Shown one piece after another: positions 37,066-46,161 of a stretch of DNA of 64,000 bases. Location: positions 32,001 to 96,000 of IMG/VR virus record IMGVR_UViG_3300028920_000039. One strand, 5' to 3'. The DNA comes from a virus. Both the position numbers and the translations under genes were made by a program. The first letter of the stretch is position 1; the number at the start of each line of letters is the position of its first letter. The notes under the pieces are model-generated. The model saw only the letters and a list, made by a program, of their open reading frames with translations, was not told the origin of the DNA and searched no databases.

Positions 37066-37100
37066 AAAAGGAGCCACTTCGGTGGCTCCTTTTCTTTTTG
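37066..37100 (+). terminator. intrinsic terminator after major capsid gene
   Basis: AAAAGGAGCCAC-TTCG-GTGGCTCCTTTT with C(UUCG)G loop and T tail. Confidence 0.9.
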
Positions 37101-37196
37101 GTTCAAATCAGTACTCACTACGTCCAGTATTTCCGTATAATACTGTGAGGAGGTTTTATGTGTATGTAAACTGTAGACACAGAAAAGGAGGAGATT

Positions 37197-37886
37197 ATGA
37201 GCAAGTACAAATATCAAAACCTGAACCCCTTTCCGATTTGGCTTCCGGGCGAGCGTGGCGAGCAAGTCATGTTCCGACCTAATGAGTCAACAACCAAGAA
37301 CTGGTTCTCTCGATTTGTTGGCCCTAAGCGGTTAGCCAGGGTACCAAACGACCCTCGAGCTGTCAGACGAACATCTGTGCCAGCTGTAACAGAGATTCCA
37401 GAGCCTGTCCTCACTACTCAACCACCAAAGGCACCCAGCTTCGCCAACAAGGAGACAGATGAATACACTGTCAGAGATGGGCTATATACTTGCAAGCTGT
37501 GCGGAACATTCGTAACCGGTAGCTCCAGTTCGATGCAGGCACACATTGCTAGCTTCCACAAGAAGCCAGTGAGGGTAGACAAGCCTGTACAGACAGACCC
37601 AGAAGAAAGGGTTGTGGTGAGCTCCAGGGAGAGCGCATCTGCTCAGGCGAAGCCAGAAGACTCTGAAGAAATTACGCGCACAGCAAGCGGCAAGCCGCCA
37701 GTCGAGCCTACACCTGAATCCCCAGCAAAGACACCCGAGAAGCCGCCTGATGCTCCGAAGCCTACAAAGGCTACGGGGAAGAAAGGCGAAGAGTGGTTTG
37801 CTTGCCCACATCCGGGTTGTGGCAAGGCATTCACCTCCAACAGAGGTCTTCAGATGCATATCACTCGGGTGCATGGACGAGACTAG
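37197..37886 (+). CDS. protein with two C2H2-type zinc fingers and Pro-rich linker
   Basis: YTCKLCGTF...HIASFH and FACPHPGCGKAFTSNRGLQMHITRVH; AGGAGGAG RBS. Confidence 0.8.
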   Translation: MSKYKYQNLNPFPIWLPGERGEQVMFRPNESTTKNWFSRFVGPKRLARVPNDPRAVRRTSVPAVTEIPEPVLTTQPPKAPSFANKETDEYTVRDGLYTCKLCGTFVTGSSSSMQAHIASFHKKPVRVDKPVQTDPEERVVVSSRESASAQAKPEDSEEITRTASGKPPVEPTPESPAKTPEKPPDAPKPTKATGKKGEEWFACPHPGCGKAFTSNRGLQMHITRVHGRD

Positions 37887-38609
37887 ATGGCAGATCCTGT
37901 TCAAACACTTCAAGAGCTTCGAGAATACATTCTTAGGAAACTGGGTGGATGCAACGTTAAGGTTGAGCTGAGTCCTCAACAAGTGGATGATGCCATCTAT
38001 GATGCGCTTGACCAATTCAACCAGTACATGTGCAAGGCGGAGCCACGAGTTCTTGCAGAGCAGAGCGGGCAAGTCACAATTGAGCTCCTTGAGGGTGACC
38101 GAGGTGTGATAGCGGTGAAACTTCTGTATCCTGAGCAGTACAGAGAATACGCACAGATGAACATCTTCGAGATAATGTATCGAATGGTGTTCCCCCGGTT
38201 GCCTCTAGGAGAGTGGTACGAGCTAAAGATGTTCTATGAGATGTACCAGAAGGTCAGGGGTACTGATCCTGATTGGTATGAGGATGAAGCCACCAAGAAT
38301 GTTTATGTCGACTGCTGGAGTGGTCCGTATGACATCTTTTATATTGTAGCAAGGGATCTTCGCGTGGAAGAGATTTCCCATCTCAAAGCTGCTTACAGTC
38401 GGATGTTCAAGAAGCTGGCGTTAGCCGAAGCCAAGATTACTCTTTCCTACATTCGTGGGAAGTACGGAGCGTCCATTCCTGTTCCTGGCGGTACACTTAC
38501 TACCGATGCAGCTGAGCTGAAAGGTGATGGGTTGCAGGAGAGGGTGGAAGTCATTGAGAAACTTGAACAGATTGGGCGGTACCAGATTTCGCCAGTCATG
38601 TGGGGGTAA
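37887..38609 (+). CDS. neck/head-tail adaptor (T4 gp13-like)
   Basis: EYILRKLG..V.VEL..QQVDDAI..AL; RGKY..IP.PGG.L. Confidence 0.85.
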   Translation: MADPVQTLQELREYILRKLGGCNVKVELSPQQVDDAIYDALDQFNQYMCKAEPRVLAEQSGQVTIELLEGDRGVIAVKLLYPEQYREYAQMNIFEIMYRMVFPRLPLGEWYELKMFYEMYQKVRGTDPDWYEDEATKNVYVDCWSGPYDIFYIVARDLRVEEISHLKAAYSRMFKKLALAEAKITLSYIRGKYGASIPVPGGTLTTDAAELKGDGLQERVEVIEKLEQIGRYQISPVMWG

Positions 38610-39503
38610 GTGATGGTTAGTTCACTCAAACAAGCAAACAAAGTAGTTCACAAAGTCGAAGATCAGTGGCATTATGATACAATGACAAAGTACGGTTTTG
38701 TGCCACTTGACAAGACCGGTACAGGCCTTGTGAGAAGGTACAGATATGTTCATCCAGACACAAACCATAGCATTGAGGTATCAACTGGTTACAGCGCGGA
38801 TCACTGGACAGACAAAACAACCGGGGCACATGGTTACTGGTCAGCTTTGGAGCCTCATTTACAGAAAATAACTCAAGGAAAAGAGACAGTGAAAGACGCT
38901 ATCGAACAAACCATCGACATGTTGGAAGAAACTGGCGATTCATGGCCACCTTCGCTTTCACAAATGTCAAAGATTCGTGAAATTGAGACAGGTGTTGAAG
39001 GTGTTGTGGGGAAACCTTCTTATGGTTCAGCCTTTTACGGTTCTGGAAGAACAATGAAGTTTCAGTTTCCCACAAAAGAAGCAGCACAGAAAGCTGAAAA
39101 GGACGTAAAAAGGTACCTCAATAATCAAGCGGTGGTCGACAAAGGAAAAACAGATGTAGTAGCGTACACTGATGATAATCCTTATATCGATGCGGACGCT
39201 TCTCAGGAGTACCTATCTGTAGTTTTCGCAATCACAGTCAATGAAGAAGCAGACCCTATCGAACAAGCCATTGACATGTTGGTTGAAGTGGAGGCCAAAG
39301 ACCTTGCTTACGATGAAGGTTTTGTTGAATGGTGGATGGCGAAGATGAACAAGCTGTCTCCTGAAGAGCGAGAGGAGCGGATTGGCGATATAGAAGAGAT
39401 AGACTATGGGATAGCGCAGAACTGGATTCACAATCTGCTTGACGATGAAGCGCTTGCTTCAGAGTGGCGAAGTTACAAGCGCTGGAAACGGCGCCAAAGA
39501 TGA
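38610..39503 (+). CDS. hypothetical modular protein (two IEQ.IDML motifs)
   Basis: 297-aa ORF. Confidence 0.7.
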   Translation: MMVSSLKQANKVVHKVEDQWHYDTMTKYGFVPLDKTGTGLVRRYRYVHPDTNHSIEVSTGYSADHWTDKTTGAHGYWSALEPHLQKITQGKETVKDAIEQTIDMLEETGDSWPPSLSQMSKIREIETGVEGVVGKPSYGSAFYGSGRTMKFQFPTKEAAQKAEKDVKRYLNNQAVVDKGKTDVVAYTDDNPYIDADASQEYLSVVFAITVNEEADPIEQAIDMLVEVEAKDLAYDEGFVEWWMAKMNKLSPEEREERIGDIEEIDYGIAQNWIHNLLDDEALASEWRSYKRWKRRQR

Positions 39504-40105
39504 CCTTCACCAATGACACAGTTGATCCACGCCATGCAGACTACCTCGGCTGTGAGATCCTGGATCGTCTGAACGACGAGCTGGACAAGACAGAAGAGGG
39601 TTGGCCGCTCAACACCAATCTGCCTTCACCTGAAGAGATCAAGTACGTCTACGATATGCTGGAAGGCTACTCCCGGCAGTTCTTTCCTATCATGCCTTAC
39701 AAGCACCTGCTTACCACTGTAAAGGAGATTGATGAGGTGCACGGTGAGCTAGCCGATGTGCAAAGGCGTTGGGGTGATATCATTCATCTCAGAGCATTCG
39801 CAATTCCGACGCAGCCAACCCAGCCGCAAACCAGTTTCGGAATAGAGGAAGTCAGGGAAGTGACTCTGTTGGTGACTGTCCCTGATCTTATCACAGCAGG
39901 CCTGGCCATTCAGGATCCTGACAACTTCGACATCACACTCATCGGCCGGCTAGGTGATCGTTTCTACTACCACAACAGAGAGTACGAAGTAACTACGTAT
40001 GTCCCCGCAGCCTGGTGGGCCAACACTGATGTTCCAATCTACTACCAACTGAAGTCGCAACTCCATCGTGCCAGCTCAGTTGACGAGTTCGGCAACACTC
40101 CTTGA
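39500..40105 (+). CDS. neck/head closure protein (T4 gp14-like)
   Basis: position after the gp13-like gene; FGIEEVREVTL...GDRFYY..REYEV. Confidence 0.6.
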   Translation: MTFTNDTVDPRHADYLGCEILDRLNDELDKTEEGWPLNTNLPSPEEIKYVYDMLEGYSRQFFPIMPYKHLLTTVKEIDEVHGELADVQRRWGDIIHLRAFAIPTQPTQPQTSFGIEEVREVTLLVTVPDLITAGLAIQDPDNFDITLIGRLGDRFYYHNREYEVTTYVPAAWWANTDVPIYYQLKSQLHRASSVDEFGNTP

Positions 40106-41343
40106 AGGTTGCAATGTTAACAGATCAAGCAATTCAGTTTCTTCTTGAATTCGCCAAGGATGTAAGAGCTAAGTTCCTAAAACAAGGCGCTTCAGAAGAA
40201 GAAGTCGATTCCTATCTTTCCAGGTTTCAAGAGCTTCGTGATAAGAGAATATTAAAAGGCGAACAACGTGACATAGGTCAGTACAAAACCTTTGGTGACT
40301 TGAAACAAGTTGTGGATAAAGCTTCAAAAGTAGTCACCAAAAGGCAAAAGAAGAAGAAAGCCAAGGCGAAAGGTGCACAGGTTGTTCATTCCGACAACAA
40401 TGTTACTGTATATCATATTACTTCAAAACCCGCTGCTTGCTTCTATGGCGCTGGTACTAAGTGGTGCATTTCAGCAACACACGGCCGCAACATGTTCAAA
40501 CCTTACCAGGAACAAGGTATTAGTTTCTACTTCATCATTTCTAAGAATCGAAGCGCTGAAGATCCTCTTCATAAAGTAGCAGTTGCAGTGTATCCTGGTG
40601 AGGAGGCAATAGAAGTGTACAATGCTAAGGATAACTTAGTATCTGTTTCTGTTCTTAAGGAACTTGGTGTTAGCGAATTGGATATATTCAAGAAGTACAC
40701 TACTGTTGATTTAACTACAAAAGAAGGTTTTTTGGAATGGTTGGGCAAGCAAAATGTTGGGGAAATGGATGTTGATGGTAAAGTGAACATCCATGGTGAT
40801 CTTGATTTATCACACAAAGGCCTCATTAAGTTCCCTGTTGAGTTTGGCAAAGTAACAGGTAGCTTCTACTGCGGCAACAACCAACTAACTTCACTCCAAG
40901 GTGCACCTACCGAGGTAGGTGATTATTTCGACTGCTCCTACAACCAACTAACCTCGCTCCAAGGTGCACCCGCCGAGGTAGGTGGTAGCTTCTCCTGCGG
41001 CCACAACCAACTAACTTCACTCCAAGGTGCACCTACCGAGGTGGGTGGTTACTTTAGCTGCGCTTACAACCAACTAACTTCACTCCAAGGCGCACCTACC
41101 GAGGTGGGTGGTTACTTCTCCTGCGCCTACAACCGACTAACCTCGCTCCAAGGTGTACCTACCGAGGTGGGTGGTTACTTCTCCTGCGCCTACAACCGAC
41201 TCACCTCGCTCCAAGGTGTCCCTGCCAAGGTAGGTGGGAAATTCTATTGTGCCCACAATCCCGGTAACTTTACACAACAAGACATTGCAAAAGCAATGGG
41301 CGGGGTTGAAGAAGCAATCATCTACCTTCTGGATCACTCCTGA
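40102..41343 (+). CDS. protein with GTKWC-type N-terminal domain and LRR-like tandem repeats
   Basis: YGAGTKWCIS; 21-aa NQLTSLQGAPTEVG(G/D)xFxCxx repeats. Confidence 0.8.
   Translation: MKVAMLTDQAIQFLLEFAKDVRAKFLKQGASEEEVDSYLSRFQELRDKRILKGEQRDIGQYKTFGDLKQVVDKASKVVTKRQKKKKAKAKGAQVVHSDNNVTVYHITSKPAACFYGAGTKWCISATHGRNMFKPYQEQGISFYFIISKNRSAEDPLHKVAVAVYPGEEAIEVYNAKDNLVSVSVLKELGVSELDIFKKYTTVDLTTKEGFLEWLGKQNVGEMDVDGKVNIHGDLDLSHKGLIKFPVEFGKVTGSFYCGNNQLTSLQGAPTEVGDYFDCSYNQLTSLQGAPAEVGGSFSCGHNQLTSLQGAPTEVGGYFSCAYNQLTSLQGAPTEVGGYFSCAYNRLTSLQGVPTEVGGYFSCAYNRLTSLQGVPAKVGGKFYCAHNPGNFTQQDIAKAMGGVEEAIIYLLDHS
40852..41259 (+). repeat. 63-bp coding tandem repeat, about 6.5 units (LRR-like)
   Basis: CCAACTAAC anchors spaced 63 bp apart (40881, 40944, 41007...). 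Confidence 0.9.
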
Positions 41344-41363
41344 ACAATCCTTTGCAACCCTTT

Positions 41364-41377
41364 GTGCTTCGTATAAT
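41364..41377 (+). promoter_or_regulatory. candidate phage promoter element GTGCTTCGTATAAT
   Basis: near-identical to 28693..28706; intergenic; upstream of 41429. Confidence 0.45.
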
Positions 41378-41428
41378 AAATCAGTACGTCTCTTTTAGTA
41401 CCGATTCATTTAGTACGGAACACAGAGT

Positions 41429-41857
41429 ATGCTTACTACTGAAGTACAAGAAACCTCTCTAGACCCCACCATTGTTGAAGACGATCTCGACGTCCTTGAG
41501 AAGCTGTATCGTGAAGCAGTCCAGCAGACCAAAACCGATATCATCAACAAGCTGGCTGTTGAACTAACGACACGGGATCCTACACCAGAAGCATTGGTCA
41601 AGTACCCTTTCTTCAAGAACAGCTCTAAGTTACTTTCAGACTATCAGGAAGCACTCACTGTCGAAGAGACAGACGGGCAGATTTCACTAGTGGTTGACAG
41701 AGATGTGCTTCAGAGAAAGAACTTGCCTGAGAACCTGCCTTCTCTGATGGAATATGGTAATGCTTTGGTGAAACCCCTTCCACATATTAGGCCAGTGGTT
41801 TTATCGTCATCTTCCCCGATCTCGTCGGTTACTCGCCGGCTCAAAGAGGAATTGTAA
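41429..41857 (+). CDS. hypothetical protein (neck/tail block)
   Basis: 142-aa ORF. Confidence 0.65.
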   Translation: MLTTEVQETSLDPTIVEDDLDVLEKLYREAVQQTKTDIINKLAVELTTRDPTPEALVKYPFFKNSSKLLSDYQEALTVEETDGQISLVVDRDVLQRKNLPENLPSLMEYGNALVKPLPHIRPVVLSSSSPISSVTRRLKEEL

Positions 41858-42204
41858 TGTTCGTGGATAAGTACAAAACGTGGGTGGAGAAGATCGTCAA
41901 GAATCTTCGATGTTCCAAAGGAGCTGAAAGCAAAGCACTCCTGGCCCGTTTTCAGAGACTTGAACTTCGAGAAGATGAGCTTGGCGCCTTCCATCATGTC
42001 AGGACCCTCCACAAACTGGCTCGTGAATATGCACAGGAACGAAAGAACTTGCGATGGTTAGGTAGGTTGGTAGAGAGGCTCGGCAAGTGGGAGAAGCTGT
42101 TTGAGTCCATCCTTCGCATCACTGAGATCGATGAAGATTCGGTAGTCGAGGCGCTTGCGAAGGATGAGATTGATGAAGAGTTTGCAATAGGGCTGATGCA
42201 ATGA
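41857..42204 (+). CDS. hypothetical helical protein
   Basis: TAATG coupling; GAGG RBS. Confidence 0.65.
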   Translation: MFVDKYKTWVEKIVKNLRCSKGAESKALLARFQRLELREDELGAFHHVRTLHKLAREYAQERKNLRWLGRLVERLGKWEKLFESILRITEIDEDSVVEALAKDEIDEEFAIGLMQ

Positions 42205-43319
42205 GCGGAGATGTTCCAACCAGATACACGCAGATGTATCACAACTACGACAAGGCGTTCGTAGACAAGGTGCACTCTATCAAGGTCTTCACTCAAGATC
42301 GCTCCAAGAACGATGTTGAGTATGGCTTGCCTTGTGTATGGGCTTCTCCGGACAGAGCATTCGGGCAGATTCGCCGACAGATCGCTCGTAAGAACCAGGT
42401 GAAGGAATCTGAGGTCAAGACGATTCCTCTTCCGATTGCGTCACTGAGCCGAATCAACCAAAACATCGACTTGACTCGATACGTCAGATTTAAGTTCAAT
42501 CGTTTGAAGTATGTGCCAACTGAGCAGAAGTACATCGGAATGGATCGTCCGAATCCCTGGGACATGGTGTATCAGATTGACGTCTGGGCCAAGACCATTC
42601 AGGACCTGGACATGATCACTACTCAGATCAACATGTGGCTAAGAGCCGATGAGTTCTACCTGAGGGTGGCCCACCCCTCTCCTATGGATGAGAGGATCGT
42701 TCTAACGCAGTTCCAGGGAATGGTGGAGAATTCTAAGCTAGATACCGGTCAAGAGGAAAAAAGAACTCTTCGGAGAACCTTCACATTCGTAGTACATGGG
42801 TGGGTAATCCACCCGCCGGACGAATACGGAATCGTCAGAAGGATCATTGTCGATTTCTACGACATGACCCTTTCAAGGTTGGATCCAGTGTTCTTGGAGA
42901 GGTTGGTGATCCTGCCAGACGAAGAAGACATCGAACCGGAGGACGAAATCATGGGAACAGTTGCTACATCATTCTATGGTGTTTTGATTGTTGGTGAGGC
43001 ACAAGTCAACGAGACTTACGGGAGTTTTGAGGCTCCTGTCAATGCACTCATAACAGGGATGCAGATCAATGTGCTTGGACGTCCGCCAACAGGTGATGAT
43101 CTCGAATTCCAGCTGACAGTGAATGGTCTTCCCGACACATCACGTTATGTTACAGTGTCAGCCGGAGACAGACAGGAATCGGTGATATTTGGCTCCGAGC
43201 GAAGAATCGTTGCGGGCGATATGCTCGGCGTCAAATGTGTGAGTGTAGGTGGTGTCGACCCCGGAGATTGGATAGAGGTTCGGTTTGATGCCACTTTGGA
43301 TGTGAGTGCGACGACGTGA
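42201..43319 (+). CDS. tail terminator/sheath stabiliser (T4 gp15-like) with C-terminal beta domain
   Basis: PLPIASLSR..IDLTR, YQIDVWAKT..DLD.I..QI, RRTFTFVVHGW. Confidence 0.75.
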   Translation: MSGDVPTRYTQMYHNYDKAFVDKVHSIKVFTQDRSKNDVEYGLPCVWASPDRAFGQIRRQIARKNQVKESEVKTIPLPIASLSRINQNIDLTRYVRFKFNRLKYVPTEQKYIGMDRPNPWDMVYQIDVWAKTIQDLDMITTQINMWLRADEFYLRVAHPSPMDERIVLTQFQGMVENSKLDTGQEEKRTLRRTFTFVVHGWVIHPPDEYGIVRRIIVDFYDMTLSRLDPVFLERLVILPDEEDIEPEDEIMGTVATSFYGVLIVGEAQVNETYGSFEAPVNALITGMQINVLGRPPTGDDLEFQLTVNGLPDTSRYVTVSAGDRQESVIFGSERRIVAGDMLGVKCVSVGGVDPGDWIEVRFDATLDVSATT

Positions 43320-44038
43320 AATCAGCTTGTAGAAATCGTGCTTATTGGGATGATCCTGAGAACAGGAAGAAGCATGCGGAAACTCTAAGGAAGGTCCATG
43401 CAAAGCGTGCGCCTGAAAAGGAAGCTGAGAGAGTGCGGAAGATAAGAGAAGGTAACAAAAGAACAAAGGCTTTGCATCCTGAGAATGTAGTCGCTTCATT
43501 CAAAGGCAAACACCATTCAGCAAAGACAAAAGAACAAATCAGAAGGAAAGCCATTGAGAATCGAGCGGCCATGACACCGGAAGAGATACAGCAAAACCAT
43601 CAGAAAGCAGTTGAGAATCTGCACAAAACCATTCCTGATATGTCAGCTTTCAAGGCTCAGCAGATTGTCGATGGCAAGGTGCGATTCAACACAGGCAGAT
43701 TCTACTCAGAGAAGAATGGCGAGGAGTTGTTCTACAGAAGTTCCTATGAGCTGGCGGCATTTCACATTTTGGAGCAGATGTCTGTGGTGAAAGGCTACTC
43801 AACCGAGTGTGAGATCATTCCTTACGAGTTCGAAGACGCCATTCGACGTTACGTTCCAGATTTGAAAGTGGAGTATCTTGATGGAAGTGTTGACATCATT
43901 GAGGTGAAGGCTGATTGGGCAATAGATTTGCCCGTCAACCAAGCCAAGTTTGATGCAGCTCGGAAGTATTGTTCAGACCATGACTTTGGTTTTGTGGTCT
44001 GGACTGAAGTGAACCAACCAAAATTGGCGGGTTTGTAA
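43316..44038 (+). mobile_element. putative homing endonuclease: NUMOD3-like N-terminus plus TnsA/gp4-like PD-(D/E)xK nuclease
   Basis: KGKHHSAKTKEQIR; YRSSYE...YVPDLKV...IEVK...AKFDAA...F.VWTE. Confidence 0.7.
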
Positions 44039-44059
44039 CCCGTTGAAAGAGAGGAAGTT

Positions 44060-45592
44060 ATGGTTATCGTTTCTCCTGGGGTGTATTCTCGTGAATTAGA
44101 TTTCTCGCTGTATGTCCCCCAACTGGCCCAATCGATTCTTGGAATCGTAGGTACGGCCAGTAAAGGACCAACAGATGAGATCACGCTCATAACGGATGAG
44201 TCAACACTCATCGAAACCTTCGGTGAACCGTCTTCGGACCATCTTGGCTTGTATGCAGCTCTTCGTTACTTGCGTAGAGGCAAACAGCTGAAGTTTGTGA
44301 GGGTGGCTCATTACGACGACAGCGCAGTCGGCTATCTCAGGAACGCAGCCAACGCAGCCAACGCAGCTTTGCTGACAGCGGTGAGTACGGGTTCTTGGGG
44401 CAACAACATCACGGTTGTAGTGTCAGCAGGAACTGGCCCAGACCCTTCGACTGGTGTTACCACTTACAAGCTATCGGTTCGGTATAACAACGTTGTGGTA
44501 GAGAATTACGACCTGCTGCTCTTTGGAACAGCTTATGCAAACTACGACAACTACATCATGACGCGGATCAATGGTGTGTCAGCATACATTACCGTCACCC
44601 CCGTCCCGACCGAAACCGATCTGTTGACTTCGACCACAGCGGTAACGATGTCGGGTGGCGACGATGGTGCGCCAGTTGAGATTTCCGATTACGTCGGAAC
44701 AGCTGCTGTTTCTGGCAGTGACACAGCCACTGGTCTCCAGCTCTTCGCTGATCCTGACACAGTGGATGTGAACCTGTTGGCGGTGCCTGACATCAGCCAC
44801 AGGACGATTATCAGTGAGATGATTACCCTCTGCGAAAGCAGGGCGGATTGCATCTGCTTGATTGATGTACCGTATGGCAAGTCAGTTCAGCAGGCTGTTG
44901 CTTGGGCAAACGGTGTTGGTGGTGGTGCCACCGATCCTACCGCTGCCATCAATTCGTCTTATTGCGCTATCTTCTATCCGTGGGTGCAGGTATTCGACGG
45001 GTATAGCAACAGTAACGTCTGGATTCCTCCGAGCGGACACATTGCGGGTGTGGTTGCTTACACTGACCACGTCGCGGATCCGTGGTGGGCGCCAGCCGGT
45101 TTCAATCGCGGAAAGCTGCAGGATGTTCTTGACATTGAGCATTCTGCTACACAGGGCGAGCGAGACTACATGTATGCCAACGGTAATGTAATCAACCCGA
45201 TCGTCGACTACGCTGGTCAGGGCATTGTGGTTTATGGTCAGAGGACAGGGACCCGGACTTCGTCTGCTCTTGACAGAATCAACGTCAGGCGGATGATGCT
45301 GTACTTGAGGAAGGCAGTATCCACCGCTGTTCGTTCTCTGCTCTTCGAACCGAACGACGAAGAGACATGGGCGGCTTTTCGCAACCTTGTGAATCCTGTA
45401 TGCGATGACATCAAGGCTCGTAGGGGTATCACCGAATTCGAGGTGGTTTGCGATGAGACAACCAATACCTCGGCCGTTCGAGCTCGTAATGAGATGCGCG
45501 GTAAGGTGCTGATAGTTCCGACACGGGCTGCGGAGATGATTTCGATCGACTTCGTAGTCCTCAACAACGAAGCTCAGTTTTCTGAGTTCTAG
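44060..45592 (+). CDS. gp18: tail sheath protein
   Basis: VSPGVYSRELD, WWAPAGFNRG, INPI, LDRINVRR, LFEPND, EFEVVCDETTN. Confidence 0.95.
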   Translation: MVIVSPGVYSRELDFSLYVPQLAQSILGIVGTASKGPTDEITLITDESTLIETFGEPSSDHLGLYAALRYLRRGKQLKFVRVAHYDDSAVGYLRNAANAANAALLTAVSTGSWGNNITVVVSAGTGPDPSTGVTTYKLSVRYNNVVVENYDLLLFGTAYANYDNYIMTRINGVSAYITVTPVPTETDLLTSTTAVTMSGGDDGAPVEISDYVGTAAVSGSDTATGLQLFADPDTVDVNLLAVPDISHRTIISEMITLCESRADCICLIDVPYGKSVQQAVAWANGVGGGATDPTAAINSSYCAIFYPWVQVFDGYSNSNVWIPPSGHIAGVVAYTDHVADPWWAPAGFNRGKLQDVLDIEHSATQGERDYMYANGNVINPIVDYAGQGIVVYGQRTGTRTSSALDRINVRRMMLYLRKAVSTAVRSLLFEPNDEETWAAFRNLVNPVCDDIKARRGITEFEVVCDETTNTSAVRARNEMRGKVLIVPTRAAEMISIDFVVLNNEAQFSEF

Positions 45593-45619
45593 ACAGCTCT
45601 AGCTGAAAGGAGCAGAGTC

Positions 45620-46132
45620 ATGGTAGAAACACTGTCTGCAGATCATATAGCTGCACAAGATGGGGCATTCGAACCACAGCGTAAGAATAACTTCACCCTT
45701 CGGCTTTCAGTTGGCGGGCGGATTATTCAGCAATCGTTGCAGTCATTCCCTCTTCCGAAAGAGGCGAATGAGGTGCTGGAGATCAACTTCGGCAACGAGC
45801 AGCGTAAGGTTGCAGGACGCGCTACCTACGACAATCTCGAGCTGGTCCTGAAGGACTATGCTGATCAACCTACCATGGCGACACTTGTTGCTTGGAGGCG
45901 AAGGGTGTACCAGCCTACCACAGGAGAAATAGGCCTGGCATCTGCTTACAAGGAACAGGGCGAAGTCGTCATGTTCGCGCCGAACGGAACACTCCAGAGG
46001 CGCTGGAAGCTGATCGGTGTATGGCCTTCTCGGAATGATCCGGGCGGCGGTGATATGGAAGCCAATGCGCAGAACCTTATCACAGTCACTATGGTGATTG
46101 ACAAGGCCATCGAGATTGTGCTGGAAGCGTAA
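45620..46132 (+). CDS. gp19: tail tube protein
   Basis: follows sheath; FEPQRKNNF, RKVAGR.TYD, WKLIGVWP. Confidence 0.88.
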   Translation: MVETLSADHIAAQDGAFEPQRKNNFTLRLSVGGRIIQQSLQSFPLPKEANEVLEINFGNEQRKVAGRATYDNLELVLKDYADQPTMATLVAWRRRVYQPTTGEIGLASAYKEQGEVVMFAPNGTLQRRWKLIGVWPSRNDPGGGDMEANAQNLITVTMVIDKAIEIVLEA

Positions 46133-46161
46133 CCCCAACACAGTAACAAGAGGAGAAGTAC

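Noticed and set aside
34795-37077. 760-aa antisense ORF over the scaffold and capsid genes
   Set aside because: It is in the same codon register as both sense genes, so it stays open simply because they avoid TTA/CTA/TCA; the translation has no recognisable motifs
40852-41259. Possible DGR template/variable repeats
   Set aside because: Differences between units are not restricted to adenines, the units are tandem, and no reverse transcriptase is in the window
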